From contig JBMNEZ010000001.1 of NCBI GenBank assembly GCA_050949045.1, positions 864,001 through 928,000 on the forward strand: a stretch of 64,000 bases of DNA, read 5' to 3'. Position numbers and translations under genes: made by a program. This DNA is from Candidatus Izemoplasmatales bacterium. Lineage in GTDB: Bacteria; Bacillota_I; Bacilli_A; Izemoplasmatales; Hujiaoplasmataceae. Of this stretch, positions 9,888 to 20,497 are shown one piece after another (position 1 is the stretch's first letter; each line of letters starts with the position of its first letter). The notes beneath the pieces were generated by a model, which did no database searches, was not told the origin of the DNA, and was given only the letters and a program-made list of their open reading frames with translations.

Positions 9888-11043
9888 GCTCCTTCAAATA
9901 GGAACGGAAGACATCCTGAAGATCGAGTTTTTCCCAGGGAAGATCCAGGTCGTCACGCCCAAAATGGCCATAAGCGGCCGTTTGCCTGTAAATTGGTCTT
10001 TTGAGTTTAAAGTAATCGATGATTGCTTTTGGACGAAGATCAAAATGCTTCTCAATAAGCATCCTAATCTCATCGTCTGTAATCACACCGGTTCCAAAGG
10101 TATTGACTCCGATCGATGTCGGTTTTGCGATACCGATGGCATAGGATACTTGAAGTTCGACCATTCTCGCAATCCCGGCGGCCACAAGGTTCTTGGCCAG
10201 GTAGCGCATGGCATAGGCGCCGCTTCGATCGAGTTTGGAAGGGTCTTTCCCAGAAAATGCCCCTCCGCCGTGATGGGCGCTCCCGCCATAGGTGTCGACG
10301 ATGATCTTCCTTCCGGTCATCCCCGAATCTCCCAAAGGACCGCCGATCACAAACCTGCCTGTCGGATTGACAAGAAATTCGGTTTCATTGTCGATAAAAA
10401 CTGGTGGAATTACCGGTTTAATGACTTTTTCAACGATGTCTTGATAGATCGTTTCGTAACTGACATTGGGTGCGTGCTGCGCTGAGACAAGGATCTTCGA
10501 AACGCGTTTCAGCGATCCGTCATCGTTGAATTCTCCGCTAACCTGTGTCTTTCCGTCAGGACGGAGATAGGGCAAGAGTTTATTCTTTCTCACTTCAGAA
10601 AGCCTCTTGGCGAGTTTGTTCGCCAGAACATGCGTAATCGGCATATACTCCTTGGTTTCATCGGTGGCGAAACCGAACATCATACCCTGGTCGCCGGCTC
10701 CTTGTTCATGTGTCTTTTTCTCGTCGACTCCTTGAGCGATGTCGGGAGACTGGCTGTTGATGGAAACCAGCACGGCAAGGTTGTCGGCGTCGAAACCGTA
10801 TTTTCCACGGTCATAACCGATTTCTTTCACAGTCGAGCGGACAATACTCTGAATATCGACATATGTCTTCGTCGTTATTTCCCCTGCCACAAGCACAAGT
10901 CCAGTCGTAACAAGCGTCTCGCAAGCGACTCTGGCATCGGGATCATCAGCCAAAATAGCATCGAGAATAGCATCGGATATTTGGTCGCAAATCTTGTCGG
11001 GATGGCCTTCGGTCACCGACTCCGAGGTGAAATATCTATACAT
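9880..11043 (-). CDS. metK: S-adenosylmethionine synthase
   Basis: [43 protein letters not shown]. Confidence 0.99.
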   Translation of the reverse strand: MYRYFTSESVTEGHPDKICDQISDAILDAILADDPDARVACETLVTTGLVLVAGEITTKTYVDIQSIVRSTVKEIGYDRGKYGFDADNLAVLVSINSQSPDIAQGVDEKKTHEQGAGDQGMMFGFATDETKEYMPITHVLANKLAKRLSEVRKNKLLPYLRPDGKTQVSGEFNDDGSLKRVSKILVSAQHAPNVSYETIYQDIVEKVIKPVIPPVFIDNETEFLVNPTGRFVIGGPLGDSGMTGRKIIVDTYGGSAHHGGGAFSGKDPSKLDRSGAYAMRYLAKNLVAAGIARMVELQVSYAIGIAKPTSIGVNTFGTGVITDDEIRMLIEKHFDLRPKAIIDYFKLKRPIYRQTAAYGHFGRDDLDLPWEKLDLQDVFRSYLKERD

Positions 11044-11052
11044 AAGCCAACC

Positions 11053-12645
11053 TCATTCCTGGCTGAGACGATAATAAATCGCCTCAAAATCATCACTATA
11101 TTTGACAAAGCGGTCGATAATCTGAGGATCAAAGTAGGGATAAAACTCAAGTTGAAGCAGATCCATCGCCCGAGAATGTCGGAGTTCCCGCTTATAGTTA
11201 CGTGGTTGTCTCAGGATATCGTACATCTGACAGAGAAGAATGACCTGTGACTCACGATTGCTCTGGATCGCGTTCATTTCCTTGATGAAATCTTGGTCGG
11301 CGGTCTTCTCGAAATGGGCTCTGATGATGTCTTCGCCCTTTTTCTCCAATTGCAGGCGCTTGATGATTACCGAGCCAATGATCGTCTTTTCTCTGATTTT
11401 ACGGAAATCGGCTTCATCGAGAACTTCCTTCATGTCATAGTCTGCCAGCGACAACAGATCGCGTTTGTCGATATGGATCGTCGAAAAATCAAAGATTTCC
11501 TTGCAAAGTTTGGGCGAATATCCCAGGTAGTTGCCAAGTTTGGCAGCCATCTCGGCGATCTTTCTGAGTGATTTTTCCTGCAGTTTCTCTTGATGTTCGT
11601 CGCTTCTTTGCCGGTATACGCCGATTACATCGAAGACATCGGAGACGACGGCTTTGAAATCCTTCTCCATCGCCCGGCGCTTGACGAGTTCCGCCTTCCT
11701 TTTGTTGTTCATATCCTCAGAGATCTTGGCGGTCGAGTAGAGCGCGAGCTCAAAGACGAGCAAGACGATGGTGCGGAGGATGATATCCGTAATCACGGGG
11801 CCTTTAAGATAATTCCACATTTCGGCGAAACTCGAGGCGTAATTATAGACATCATAGAGAACCGTCACATGGATGATTGTCATCGAGATCAAAGCAACCT
11901 TGAACATCAAACTCAACAGTTTGGTATCTTGGTAGAGGGCGAGAACCACTAGGGCAAAGTAGATTAGGGCATAGCCCGCTTGAGTGATCGAAAAGTAACC
12001 GATGGCGGGATCTTGTCCAAGAGTCACACGCAGCTTGATATAGACGGATATCGCCATCAGGAGAATATAGAATCCGGAGATGTATTCACCGATCTGTTGT
12101 TTATGAAGCGTCTTGGGTTCTTGGAGAATGATTTTGCGGATTGTTTGATTGGTGAAGAACATGACAAGTCCGAAGCCGAAAGCGACGATCAGGTTCATTT
12201 TCAGATTCGTGCCTTCGGTGGCCATCAAGATGAAAATCATAAAGACAAGGTTGGTAATCCAGAGGATGTTCCTGATAACCAGATTTTTCCGGAAGAGGAC
12301 AGAGGTCTCGTCAAGGATGTCAACCCCCGCCTCGAAACTGAATTCGCTGACAAAGAAATTCTTTAGTTTTAGCAAAAATACGGCAAATTTGCCTTTGCCT
12401 TCGGAAATATAGGGTTTTTGGTTGGCTTGGACCTTGTTCTCGTCAAAGCGGCTCTTAAAGGATGTGACACGAAAAAAATCGACGAATTTGTCCAACCCGG
12501 TTTTCTTCTTTGCCGGTTTTTCGACTGGTACGGAAGCAAGATACTCATCGATTTTATTTTTTTCCTCGCGTTTGCCGCCGCGGCGTTTTTTTTGGGTGTC
12601 GTTCCTACGAAAAAATTCATCAAGCGTTTTTTCCCGGTTGTCCAT
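11053..12645 (-). CDS. Multi-TM membrane protein with a degenerate HD-GYP domain
   Basis: About 6 TM helices, a coiled coil, then YDILRQPRNYK...FDPQIIDRF matching the HD-GYP C-terminus. HD and GYP motifs are altered. Confidence 0.7.
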   Translation of the reverse strand: MDNREKTLDEFFRRNDTQKKRRGGKREEKNKIDEYLASVPVEKPAKKKTGLDKFVDFFRVTSFKSRFDENKVQANQKPYISEGKGKFAVFLLKLKNFFVSEFSFEAGVDILDETSVLFRKNLVIRNILWITNLVFMIFILMATEGTNLKMNLIVAFGFGLVMFFTNQTIRKIILQEPKTLHKQQIGEYISGFYILLMAISVYIKLRVTLGQDPAIGYFSITQAGYALIYFALVVLALYQDTKLLSLMFKVALISMTIIHVTVLYDVYNYASSFAEMWNYLKGPVITDIILRTIVLLVFELALYSTAKISEDMNNKRKAELVKRRAMEKDFKAVVSDVFDVIGVYRQRSDEHQEKLQEKSLRKIAEMAAKLGNYLGYSPKLCKEIFDFSTIHIDKRDLLSLADYDMKEVLDEADFRKIREKTIIGSVIIKRLQLEKKGEDIIRAHFEKTADQDFIKEMNAIQSNRESQVILLCQMYDILRQPRNYKRELRHSRAMDLLQLEFYPYFDPQIIDRFVKYSDDFEAIYYRLSQE

Positions 12646-12678
12646 CACATCACCCCCTGAAAACAGATTATTCCGCTT

Positions 12679-13239
12679 TTAGAATAATTTAAACTGTTCG
12701 ATAATCGACGGGTCTTTGCGCGCTTCGATTTCGTTTTCGATCTGGGCTACCCTTGTGGAAGCGGCTGCGGCGATAGCACCCACGATATCGTCCATGAAGG
12801 TATGGCAGACACCCTTGTTTTTCTTCCCGGCTTCATTCAGCTTGCTGATTACTCCCGGTTTGTTGACATCGATGTCGCCGAAGTTGGTTCTGCCGATAGT
12901 GCCATAAATGCCTGCCAGTTCAATGCCAAAGAGCTCATCGATCCCAAACATGCCTTGATCACTCATCAAAATGGCCTGGATCGGTCCCTGGAAGGCTTCG
13001 GCTTCGGTCAGTCTGTCGATTTCCGCTCCCAACTGAAGAAGATGAAAAACATCACGGAGAGACAGAATCTTTTCAACGGACTCAAGGCATTCGCTGAAAG
13101 AGATGTCCGGTTTCCACTTTGACTGTTGCTTGAAGGCGATTTCGGCGATTTGCTCAACGCTGACGCCGCGTTCCAACAGTTTTTCGATGTTCATTTTCAA
13201 CATTTCTTCTCGTGAAAAGAGATTGCGTTGACGATTCAC
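12679..13239 (-). CDS. pgpA: Phosphatidylglycerophosphatase A family (YutG/CblZ-like)
   Basis: FGIDE, YGTIGRTNFG..D..KPG, HTFMDDIVGAIAAAA motifs. Confidence 0.85.
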   Translation of the reverse strand: MNRQRNLFSREEMLKMNIEKLLERGVSVEQIAEIAFKQQSKWKPDISFSECLESVEKILSLRDVFHLLQLGAEIDRLTEAEAFQGPIQAILMSDQGMFGIDELFGIELAGIYGTIGRTNFGDIDVNKPGVISKLNEAGKKNKGVCHTFMDDIVGAIAAAASTRVAQIENEIEARKDPSIIEQFKLF

Positions 13240-13320
13240 AAAAATCACCTCTAATAAGTCGTTAAATCATGGTGATGCTATTTATTGATTATAGCATATT
13301 ATAATGATAAAAGCGAAAAT

Positions 13321-14256
13321 CTATTTGAATTTACGTCCTTTTACGAGCAATGTGCGCCCGATCCCGTTCATAAAAGTCTGAATGCTCATTGCATTTCTTC
13401 CCTCCAATTGCACCTTCTGCAAACTGACAAGCCCTTGGGAGGTGGAAACCAGTACTTTTTCTTTGTCCGCATGGACGATTTCGCCCGCCTCTGCCGGTAC
13501 AAATTCATTTGTATCGAGCGCCGTGGCTTTTAAAATCTTCAACTTCTGCCCATTTATCAAGGCGTGAGCGATCGGTCTTGGATAAAGAGCCCTGATTTTG
13601 TCTCTTACTCTGACGGCGGTATCGTGAAAATCGATTCTTTCTTCTTCAGGCCTGATATTATATCCGTAAGTGGCTTCCTCTTCGTCTTGCGGCTTTGCCT
13701 CAATCTCCCCCATAACCAGTTTGTCGAGTGTCCTCAACAACAAGTTCTTTCCCTTGATCGCCAATTTCCCTTCAATGGTTTCGAGATTGTCCTCGGGAAG
13801 AATTATAAGACTGTCCTGGGCGAGAATCGGCCCCGAATCCATTTTTGGGGCCATGTACATTACAGTTACCCCTGTCTTTTCTTCTCCGGCCATGATCGCT
13901 CTTTGCATCGGAGCTCCGCCGCGATATTTTGGCAACAAAGATGCATGGACGTTGATCGACTTGTACTTCGGGTAGTAGAGGACCTCCCGCGGGATCATCT
14001 GCCCGTAGGCCGCAACCACGATCAGCTCGGCATTGGCATCTAGAATCGGCGAGTAATCTTTTTTGATGCTTTCCGGTTGAAATACGGGTATCGAGAGTGA
14101 CCCGGCGCATATTTTGACGCTCGACGGCTTCAAGATCTTCTTTCGCCCGACGGGCTTGTCGGGCTGGGTGACGACTAGCACCACCTGATGCCTTTCAGCC
14201 AGTCCGAAAAGAATTGGAACTGCAAAATCTGTTGTGCCCATAAATACGATACGCAT
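13321..14256 (-). CDS. fmt: Methionyl-tRNA formyltransferase
   Basis: MRIVFMGT.DFAV, VVTQPDKPVGR, INVHASLLPKYRGGAP. Confidence 0.98.
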   Translation of the reverse strand: MRIVFMGTTDFAVPILFGLAERHQVVLVVTQPDKPVGRKKILKPSSVKICAGSLSIPVFQPESIKKDYSPILDANAELIVVAAYGQMIPREVLYYPKYKSINVHASLLPKYRGGAPMQRAIMAGEEKTGVTVMYMAPKMDSGPILAQDSLIILPEDNLETIEGKLAIKGKNLLLRTLDKLVMGEIEAKPQDEEEATYGYNIRPEEERIDFHDTAVRVRDKIRALYPRPIAHALINGQKLKILKATALDTNEFVPAEAGEIVHADKEKVLVSTSQGLVSLQKVQLEGRNAMSIQTFMNGIGRTLLVKGRKFK

Positions 14257-14265
14257 GTTTGTCAC

Positions 14266-16608
14266 CTACTCCAAAGTCGGGGTTCTGTCGATCGTGACTC
14301 TGATAAGGTCCGAATCGAACTCATTTTTGATCGAGGTCAATATTTGGTTGAGTGCCGGCTCATCTCGGTGTTTGATGATGACTTGACATTGATATTTTCC
14401 CCTTATTCTCGATACAATCGGCAGGGATGGTCCCAATACAATCGCTTCCGAGTTCAATTCGCTCCTAAGCTGATCGACGGATTTTTTAGCAACCAAGAAC
14501 AGATCCCGGACCTTTTCACCGGCGAACAACAACTGGGCGAGATAATAGAAAGGCGTGTAGCGAGCAATCTTTCTCAATTTCATCTCGTGCGAATAGAACC
14601 CAAGATAATCTTGATTGACGGCATAAGAAATGGCATAGTGGTTCGGATTGAACGCTTGCACGATGACCTTCCCCTGCTTTTCTCGCCTCCCGGCCCGTCC
14701 GGCTACCTGCGTTATCAGTTGAAACGTCTTTTCCGGAGCCCGGAAATCAGGAGAATAGAGATTCCCATCGGCCTGGATGATGCCGACAAGCGTCACTTTG
14801 GGAAAATCAAGTCCTTTGGCAATCATCTGGGTTCCCAAAAGAATGTCGCCGTCTTTTTCAAAGTTGTGGAGAAGGATCTCGTGAGCATTCTTGGTCTTGG
14901 TGGTGTCGGTATCCATCCTGATCACTTTCGCCGAGGGAAACAGCCGCTTGAGCTCAATCTCGATTTTTTGCGTTCCCGCTCCAAAGTAGCGTAGTTCTTC
15001 GGAACCGCATTTTGCACATGTTTTCGGGAGTTTTTCCTTGTGATTGCAGTAATGGCATTTGAGCGATCGATCAGCTTCATGATGGGTAAGAGAAATATCG
15101 CAGTCCGGGCAGGTGAACACATAACCGCAGTTGCGACAAATGACGAAGGTGGAAAAGCCACGACGATTCATCAATAAAAGCGCCTGTTCACCACAATCAA
15201 GGGTTAGGGAGAGTTCTTCGGTCAGCCTTCTTGAGAAAAGGCCCGTGTTGCCTGATTTAAACTCCTGTTTCATGTCGATGACCTCTAGGTCGGGAAGGCT
15301 TGCGTTTTGCGCTCGCTCTGGAAGTTCCAATAGTTCGTAATAACCGCGTTTAAAGCGCGCATATGCCTCGATCGAAGGCGTTGCCGATCCGAGGATCAGC
15401 GGTGCTTGATTCGTTTGTGACCTAAGGGACAAAACGTCGATGGCATAGTACTTCGGGGGTTCTTCCTGCTTGTACGTCGTCTCGTGAAACTCATCGACGA
15501 CAATGATGCCAAGATTGGTAAACGGCGCGAAACAGGCACTTCTCGCACCTATCACTATCTTTACTTCTTTGCGGATGATCTTTCGCCACTCATCAAATTT
15601 TTCACCGTGAGAAAGGCCGGAATGAAGGACGGCGAGTTTCCCGGGAAACCGGCTCATAAACCGTGACATCATCATCGGCGTCAACGATATCTCGGGAACG
15701 AGGACGATAGCCTCCTTGCCGAGTTTGACCACCTTTTCGATCGCATTCAGATAGATTTCCGTCTTCCCGCTGCCGGTCACTCCATGCAATAGAAAAGTCT
15801 GGTCGCTATTCAGTTTTGCCTCAATTTTATCGAGGGCAAGCCTCTGAGCCTGATTCAGAATGATGTTCTTTTCGATCGGCTGTGCGAGCGAAAATAAATC
15901 CCGGTAGTGTTCCTTGGTCTTGATCTCGATAAAGCCATTTTTTTCTAGGGTACTAACCACCGATGCGGTCACTTTTGCCCTAGTCGCAAGTTCTTGGATC
16001 CCGAGCATGCCATCATTGTTTTTCAAGATGTCGATGACTAGTTGTTGCTTGGCTGTAAGATTGATGGGCTTCTTCCCACTCAGATGAACAACTCTTTTGG
16101 TCCTCGCCGTGGCTTGGCTTTTGATCTCTGTTTCTTGACGGAGATTGCCCGCTTTGACCTGAGCCTTTACTTCGGGTAGAAATCCGGTTAGATCGTCAAG
16201 ATAACGATAGTTTCGATCTAGAAACTCCAAAGACAGTTCCGCTGACAGAGCCAATCTGTTTATGACGCTGATTTTGGTTTTGTATGTCGCTTTCAGGGCC
16301 GAGGGCAGGATCGTTTCGATAACTTTGATCATCACGGTGCCGGTCTCTTCGCGGATTCTCTTGGCGAGATCGATCAACTCGGCCGTCAGATAACTCTCGA
16401 TATCGAGCACTGCCAGTAGCGGCTTCAAATCGAGAATCGGGGAATCATCAGTCAACTCCAGGCAAAAGCCTTGTAGCTCGCGCGGGCCAAAAGGAACCTT
16501 AACCCGCATGCCAACCTCGATAATGGTCGAAAAAGCTTCAGGAACCCGATAATCAAAAAGTTTGTCAACCGCTTTTGCGGGAACGTCCACAAGCACTTTG
16601 GCAATCAT
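14266..16608 (-). CDS. priA: Primosomal protein N' (PriA)
   Basis: GVTGSGKTEIY, DEFH, two Cys4 Zn clusters, GTQMIAKGLDFP, QVAGRAGR. Confidence 0.98.
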   Translation of the reverse strand: MIAKVLVDVPAKAVDKLFDYRVPEAFSTIIEVGMRVKVPFGPRELQGFCLELTDDSPILDLKPLLAVLDIESYLTAELIDLAKRIREETGTVMIKVIETILPSALKATYKTKISVINRLALSAELSLEFLDRNYRYLDDLTGFLPEVKAQVKAGNLRQETEIKSQATARTKRVVHLSGKKPINLTAKQQLVIDILKNNDGMLGIQELATRAKVTASVVSTLEKNGFIEIKTKEHYRDLFSLAQPIEKNIILNQAQRLALDKIEAKLNSDQTFLLHGVTGSGKTEIYLNAIEKVVKLGKEAIVLVPEISLTPMMMSRFMSRFPGKLAVLHSGLSHGEKFDEWRKIIRKEVKIVIGARSACFAPFTNLGIIVVDEFHETTYKQEEPPKYYAIDVLSLRSQTNQAPLILGSATPSIEAYARFKRGYYELLELPERAQNASLPDLEVIDMKQEFKSGNTGLFSRRLTEELSLTLDCGEQALLLMNRRGFSTFVICRNCGYVFTCPDCDISLTHHEADRSLKCHYCNHKEKLPKTCAKCGSEELRYFGAGTQKIEIELKRLFPSAKVIRMDTDTTKTKNAHEILLHNFEKDGDILLGTQMIAKGLDFPKVTLVGIIQADGNLYSPDFRAPEKTFQLITQVAGRAGRREKQGKVIVQAFNPNHYAISYAVNQDYLGFYSHEMKLRKIARYTPFYYLAQLLFAGEKVRDLFLVAKKSVDQLRSELNSEAIVLGPSLPIVSRIRGKYQCQVIIKHRDEPALNQILTSIKNEFDSDLIRVTIDRTPTLE

Positions 16609-16773
16609 CCGATCCCTCCTTCTCAAATATTATTATAACATGAACAACAAGGAAAATTTTCAAAACCATGTATCCGGAAAACCGCCGAACACTGGAAAGC
16701 GACACTTCCTGCTTCAATTGTAATGCGACATTCGATAGAATGCAAGATTCGGGAAAATATTAAACGGTATCAT

Positions 16774-16802
16774 TTGCATAATCGCCGGAATTCGGTTATA
16801 AT
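16774..16802 (+). promoter_or_regulatory. SigA-type promoter of rnj
   Basis: TTGCAT-N17-TATAAT. Confidence 0.75.
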
Positions 16803-16854
16803 ATCCATAATGAAACAGTAAAGGACAATTGCCATTTCGGAAAGGATTCACAAC

Positions 16855-18534
16855 ATGCTAGAACCAAACGCTAAAACCCATGAGGTTCGCCTCTTCGCAC
16901 TGGGCGGTTTGGGAGAAGTTGGCAAGAACATGTATTGCGTGGAATATCGTGACGAGCTCGTCATCATCGACTCGGGGCTTTTATTTCCCGATGACTATTT
17001 GATGGGTATTGACTACGTTATTCCCGATTATACATATTTGGTTGAAAATCAAAGCAAGATCAAAGCTTTGGTAATCAGCCACGGCCATGAGGACCATATC
17101 GGCGGAATCCCGTTTCTGTTAAAAACCGTCAAAGTCCCCACCGTCTACGCCTCCGGACTGAGTTACGGCCTGATCAAGGTTAAAATGGAGGAACACGCCA
17201 ATTTATCCCTGAATCTCCAGGAATATCATGAATCGGATATCATCCGGTTCAAACATCTTTCAATCAGTTTCTTCCGGACCAACCATTCAATTCCGGATTC
17301 TTTTGGCATCAAAGTCTCCACTCCCGAGGGTGTCATTGTCCATACAGGTGACTTCAAATTCGACTTTTCTCCGGTCGCCAATGACTCCAATTATCATAAG
17401 ATGGCCAAAATCGGCGAAGAAGGCGTCTTGTGTCTGATGTCAGACTCCACCAACGCCGAACTTGAGGATTTTACGATATCCGAAAAAGTCGTCGGCGAAA
17501 CGATCAAAGACCTCTTCTCGTCTATTGACGGACGCATCATCATCTCCACCTTCGCCTCTAATGTCCACCGTATCCAGCAAATCGTCGAAGCATCGGTCGC
17601 CACCGACAGAAAAATTGCCGTCTTTGGCCGATCGATGGAAAAAAACATCGAAGTCGGCATGAGACTGGGCTATATCAAAGCACCGTACGGAACCTTTCTG
17701 TACAGCCGCAATTTGACCGGACTACGCGCAAGGAACATAACAATTCTTTGTACCGGTTCCCAGGGAGAACCCCTGGCTGCTTTGACCAGGATTGCCCAAG
17801 GAAGTCATAAACAGATTTCCCTTATTCCCGGCGACAGCGTGATACTGTCTTCCTCAGCGATCCCCGGCAATCAGGAAAGCATCAATAAAACCATTAATTT
17901 GTTATACAAGAATGGCGCAAATGTCATCACCCAGTCGCCGTTCGCCGATGTCCATGCATCCGGACATGGCAGCCAAAATGAACTTAAATTGATGCTCAAA
18001 CTGATGCGACCCCGTTTTTTTGTCCCGATTCACGGTGAGTACAGGATGTTAAAAATGCACGTTAAGCTTGCACAAGACGCCGGCGTCAAACCGGAAAACA
18101 CGTTCATCCTCGATAATGGCGACGTCTTGGCACTAACTAAAACCACCGCGCGCCTCGATGGCAAAGTTCAAACTGCGGATGTCTATGTCGATGGCTCTGC
18201 CATCGGCGAGGTCGGAACCCAAATCATCAGAGACCGCAGGGACCTTTCCGAAGATGGACTCCTCTCTGTCGTGATGACGATCAACCAAAAACGCCAAGAA
18301 GTGGTCTGCGCCCCTTCGATTGTCTCTAGAGGATTCATCTTCATGAAAGACAACAACGAGATGATCAAGAACCTGCAGGAGCTTGTCCTTGATATCACAG
18401 ACAAATACTTGGCAAAGAGCAAGAAATTCAATGTCACAACTCTTAAAAACGATCTTCAAAAAGCGCTGTCGCGCTACATCCAGCAAAAAACTTCACACAA
18501 ACCGATGATCATGCCCGTCATCATGGTTTTATAA
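16855..18534 (+). CDS. rnj: Ribonuclease J (J1-type)
   Basis: ALGGLGEVGKN, HGHEDHIGG, GSQGEP, HASGH, PIHGE. Confidence 0.97.
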   Translation: MLEPNAKTHEVRLFALGGLGEVGKNMYCVEYRDELVIIDSGLLFPDDYLMGIDYVIPDYTYLVENQSKIKALVISHGHEDHIGGIPFLLKTVKVPTVYASGLSYGLIKVKMEEHANLSLNLQEYHESDIIRFKHLSISFFRTNHSIPDSFGIKVSTPEGVIVHTGDFKFDFSPVANDSNYHKMAKIGEEGVLCLMSDSTNAELEDFTISEKVVGETIKDLFSSIDGRIIISTFASNVHRIQQIVEASVATDRKIAVFGRSMEKNIEVGMRLGYIKAPYGTFLYSRNLTGLRARNITILCTGSQGEPLAALTRIAQGSHKQISLIPGDSVILSSSAIPGNQESINKTINLLYKNGANVITQSPFADVHASGHGSQNELKLMLKLMRPRFFVPIHGEYRMLKMHVKLAQDAGVKPENTFILDNGDVLALTKTTARLDGKVQTADVYVDGSAIGEVGTQIIRDRRDLSEDGLLSVVMTINQKRQEVVCAPSIVSRGFIFMKDNNEMIKNLQELVLDITDKYLAKSKKFNVTTLKNDLQKALSRYIQQKTSHKPMIMPVIMVL

Positions 18535-18538
18535 AAAC

Positions 18539-18564
18539 AACCCTGGTTCGAACCAGGGTTTTCT
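18539..18564 (+). terminator. Intrinsic terminator after rnj
   Basis: AACCCTGGTT-CG-AACCAGGGTT-TTCT. Confidence 0.85.
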
Positions 18565-18970
18565 ATCAAATATTTATATAAGAGAAGAACTCTGTCTTTA
18601 TCGAATTTTATCATTTTGCTAAAACCTTAAAAGCAGCAATGTACTTATTCAATACTCTTTTAGCAACTATTTCAATTTATACATTTTAAGGAAAGATAAT
18701 CTTCATTATAAAAATCTCACGGTCTTTCAAATTGAATATAGATTTGTTGAATATACATAGAGTGGTGGGTTGGTATAAAGAAATATACAATAGAAAATTT
18801 AGTGGTGATGACAACTTTAAAATCAAAAGCAATACGAAACTGCATTGATTCAGGTTTTTTTAAAAGTAAAAAAGATTATTCAAACTTTATTGAGAGGAAT
18901 CTTTTAACTGATTTTAAGCAGTTGGATTAAAAAACTACGACTTTAAAGCGTAAAAAGGCGATAGTGTCAT

Positions 18971-20497
18971 TTATTCGTCAATCTTGATCAAGCGGTCAGC
19001 CGAGTATTTTCTAACCGATAGCGCCGCCATCAGCATCAACGCTATCGGCAACACACAAAAGACGATTTTGATCGCAAGCGGCGCTTGCGGATCTTGTTGG
19101 AGATAAAGATAGTTGGCTTCAACGTTCAAACCGGTTCCCTCTAAAGTAGAAAACCATAACAAATCCGGTTTGGCTCTGTAACCGGATAGATCGAGAATCG
19201 GCCCGATCACCAGCGTCGCCAACCCGATCCCGATTTTTTGGAGAAAAGAAACGGCACCGAACAACGCGCCCTCCCGCTCAGGCTCTTTTTTGGTGATAAC
19301 GCTGATGGCATCGGGATACATTCCATAAGCGACGAGATGGATGTTCCCCATCCCCAGGCCAAGAACAAACACAGCCAGCCAACCCCATAGTGGAAAACTA
19401 GCCATCGCCGGCCCCATCGCCAAAGGGACGACATAGACTTCTCCCAGATAGTCGATCGCAATACGGTCAAAGGGCAATTGGGGCAGGAAGAAAAAAGCCG
19501 CAAAAGCAACTATCCAACACAAAGACCCCAGAAACAAGGTTTTTTGTTTGCCGATGCGATTAGAGATAAGAACCCATAAGGGCACACTTAAAAAACCCAG
19601 CACGAGCACCGATCCTGCGAGCGGCAAGAACAGTTCCGGAGAAAGCAGCCAGTAGTTCACAAAGTACTGGATCGTGTCTTGAAGCACGAAGATCGCGGCG
19701 AGCGAAAACATGAAGGCGAACGCCGATCTCCGGAAGTTATCATCTTTGAAACAAGCGATGAAATCCCGCTTTAAATTGAATTTGTCGTTCAGGGTTGCAT
19801 CTTCGCTTTTCAATTCGTAGGTCCCAAGAACCGTTAATAACAAAATGATGACGATCAGAACCCCGAAAATAGCGGAGATCATGATAAACTTATCGCCGGA
19901 ATGAGTCAGGGTGACATCGCCCATAATCAGATCGGGTACGGCGACGGCGATGATCGTCGCAAGAATCGTGGCCACCATCCGATACCCTGTCAATTTTGTC
20001 CGTTCACGATAGGACTTGGTCATGTCGTTGATCAATGATATGTAAGGGATGTAGGCGAGTGTATAGCAAAGATAGAAGATCAAGTAGATCACCAGAACAA
20101 GGAAGGTCTTGAGCCATTGGACAATCAATATCTGACCTGCCTCAAGGCCAAGGAGTTCCGGAGAAAGCCTCGCAATCAGCGCGGACACGCCAAAAACCGC
20201 AAAGAAAGACAGCCCCAGCGGAAAAGCGCTCAACAGCATCAGTTTTCGTCTGCGGCCCATTTTCGCTTTGATCCGGTCCGAATAGTAGCCGACGATCGGA
20301 TCGGTGACCGCATCCCAGAGAAAGCCGATGAAAATGACCGCAGAAGCCATGTACCCCTTGAGCCCTACCACATTGGTCAAAAAGATCAATAGATAAAAAC
20401 CGGTGATCGCCGTTCCGAACGTGAACGGCATATCCCCGATCCCATAGGAAACACTAGCTAGGAAACCAACTCTCTCTTTGTCAGTTGTTTTGTTCAT
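18971..20497 (-). CDS. MFS transporter, glycoside-pentoside-hexuronide (MelB-like) family
   Basis: YGIGD, WDAVTDPIVGYYSDR...GRRR, ERTKLTGYR; about 12 TM helices. Confidence 0.9.
   Translation of the reverse strand: MNKTTDKERVGFLASVSYGIGDMPFTFGTAITGFYLLIFLTNVVGLKGYMASAVIFIGFLWDAVTDPIVGYYSDRIKAKMGRRRKLMLLSAFPLGLSFFAVFGVSALIARLSPELLGLEAGQILIVQWLKTFLVLVIYLIFYLCYTLAYIPYISLINDMTKSYRERTKLTGYRMVATILATIIAVAVPDLIMGDVTLTHSGDKFIMISAIFGVLIVIILLLTVLGTYELKSEDATLNDKFNLKRDFIACFKDDNFRRSAFAFMFSLAAIFVLQDTIQYFVNYWLLSPELFLPLAGSVLVLGFLSVPLWVLISNRIGKQKTLFLGSLCWIVAFAAFFFLPQLPFDRIAIDYLGEVYVVPLAMGPAMASFPLWGWLAVFVLGLGMGNIHLVAYGMYPDAISVITKKEPEREGALFGAVSFLQKIGIGLATLVIGPILDLSGYRAKPDLLWFSTLEGTGLNVEANYLYLQQDPQAPLAIKIVFCVLPIALMLMAALSVRKYSADRLIKIDE

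Noticed and set aside
11044..11052. Expected SAM riboswitch upstream of metK
   Set aside because: Only 9 bp separate metK from the upstream gene, so there is no room for a leader.
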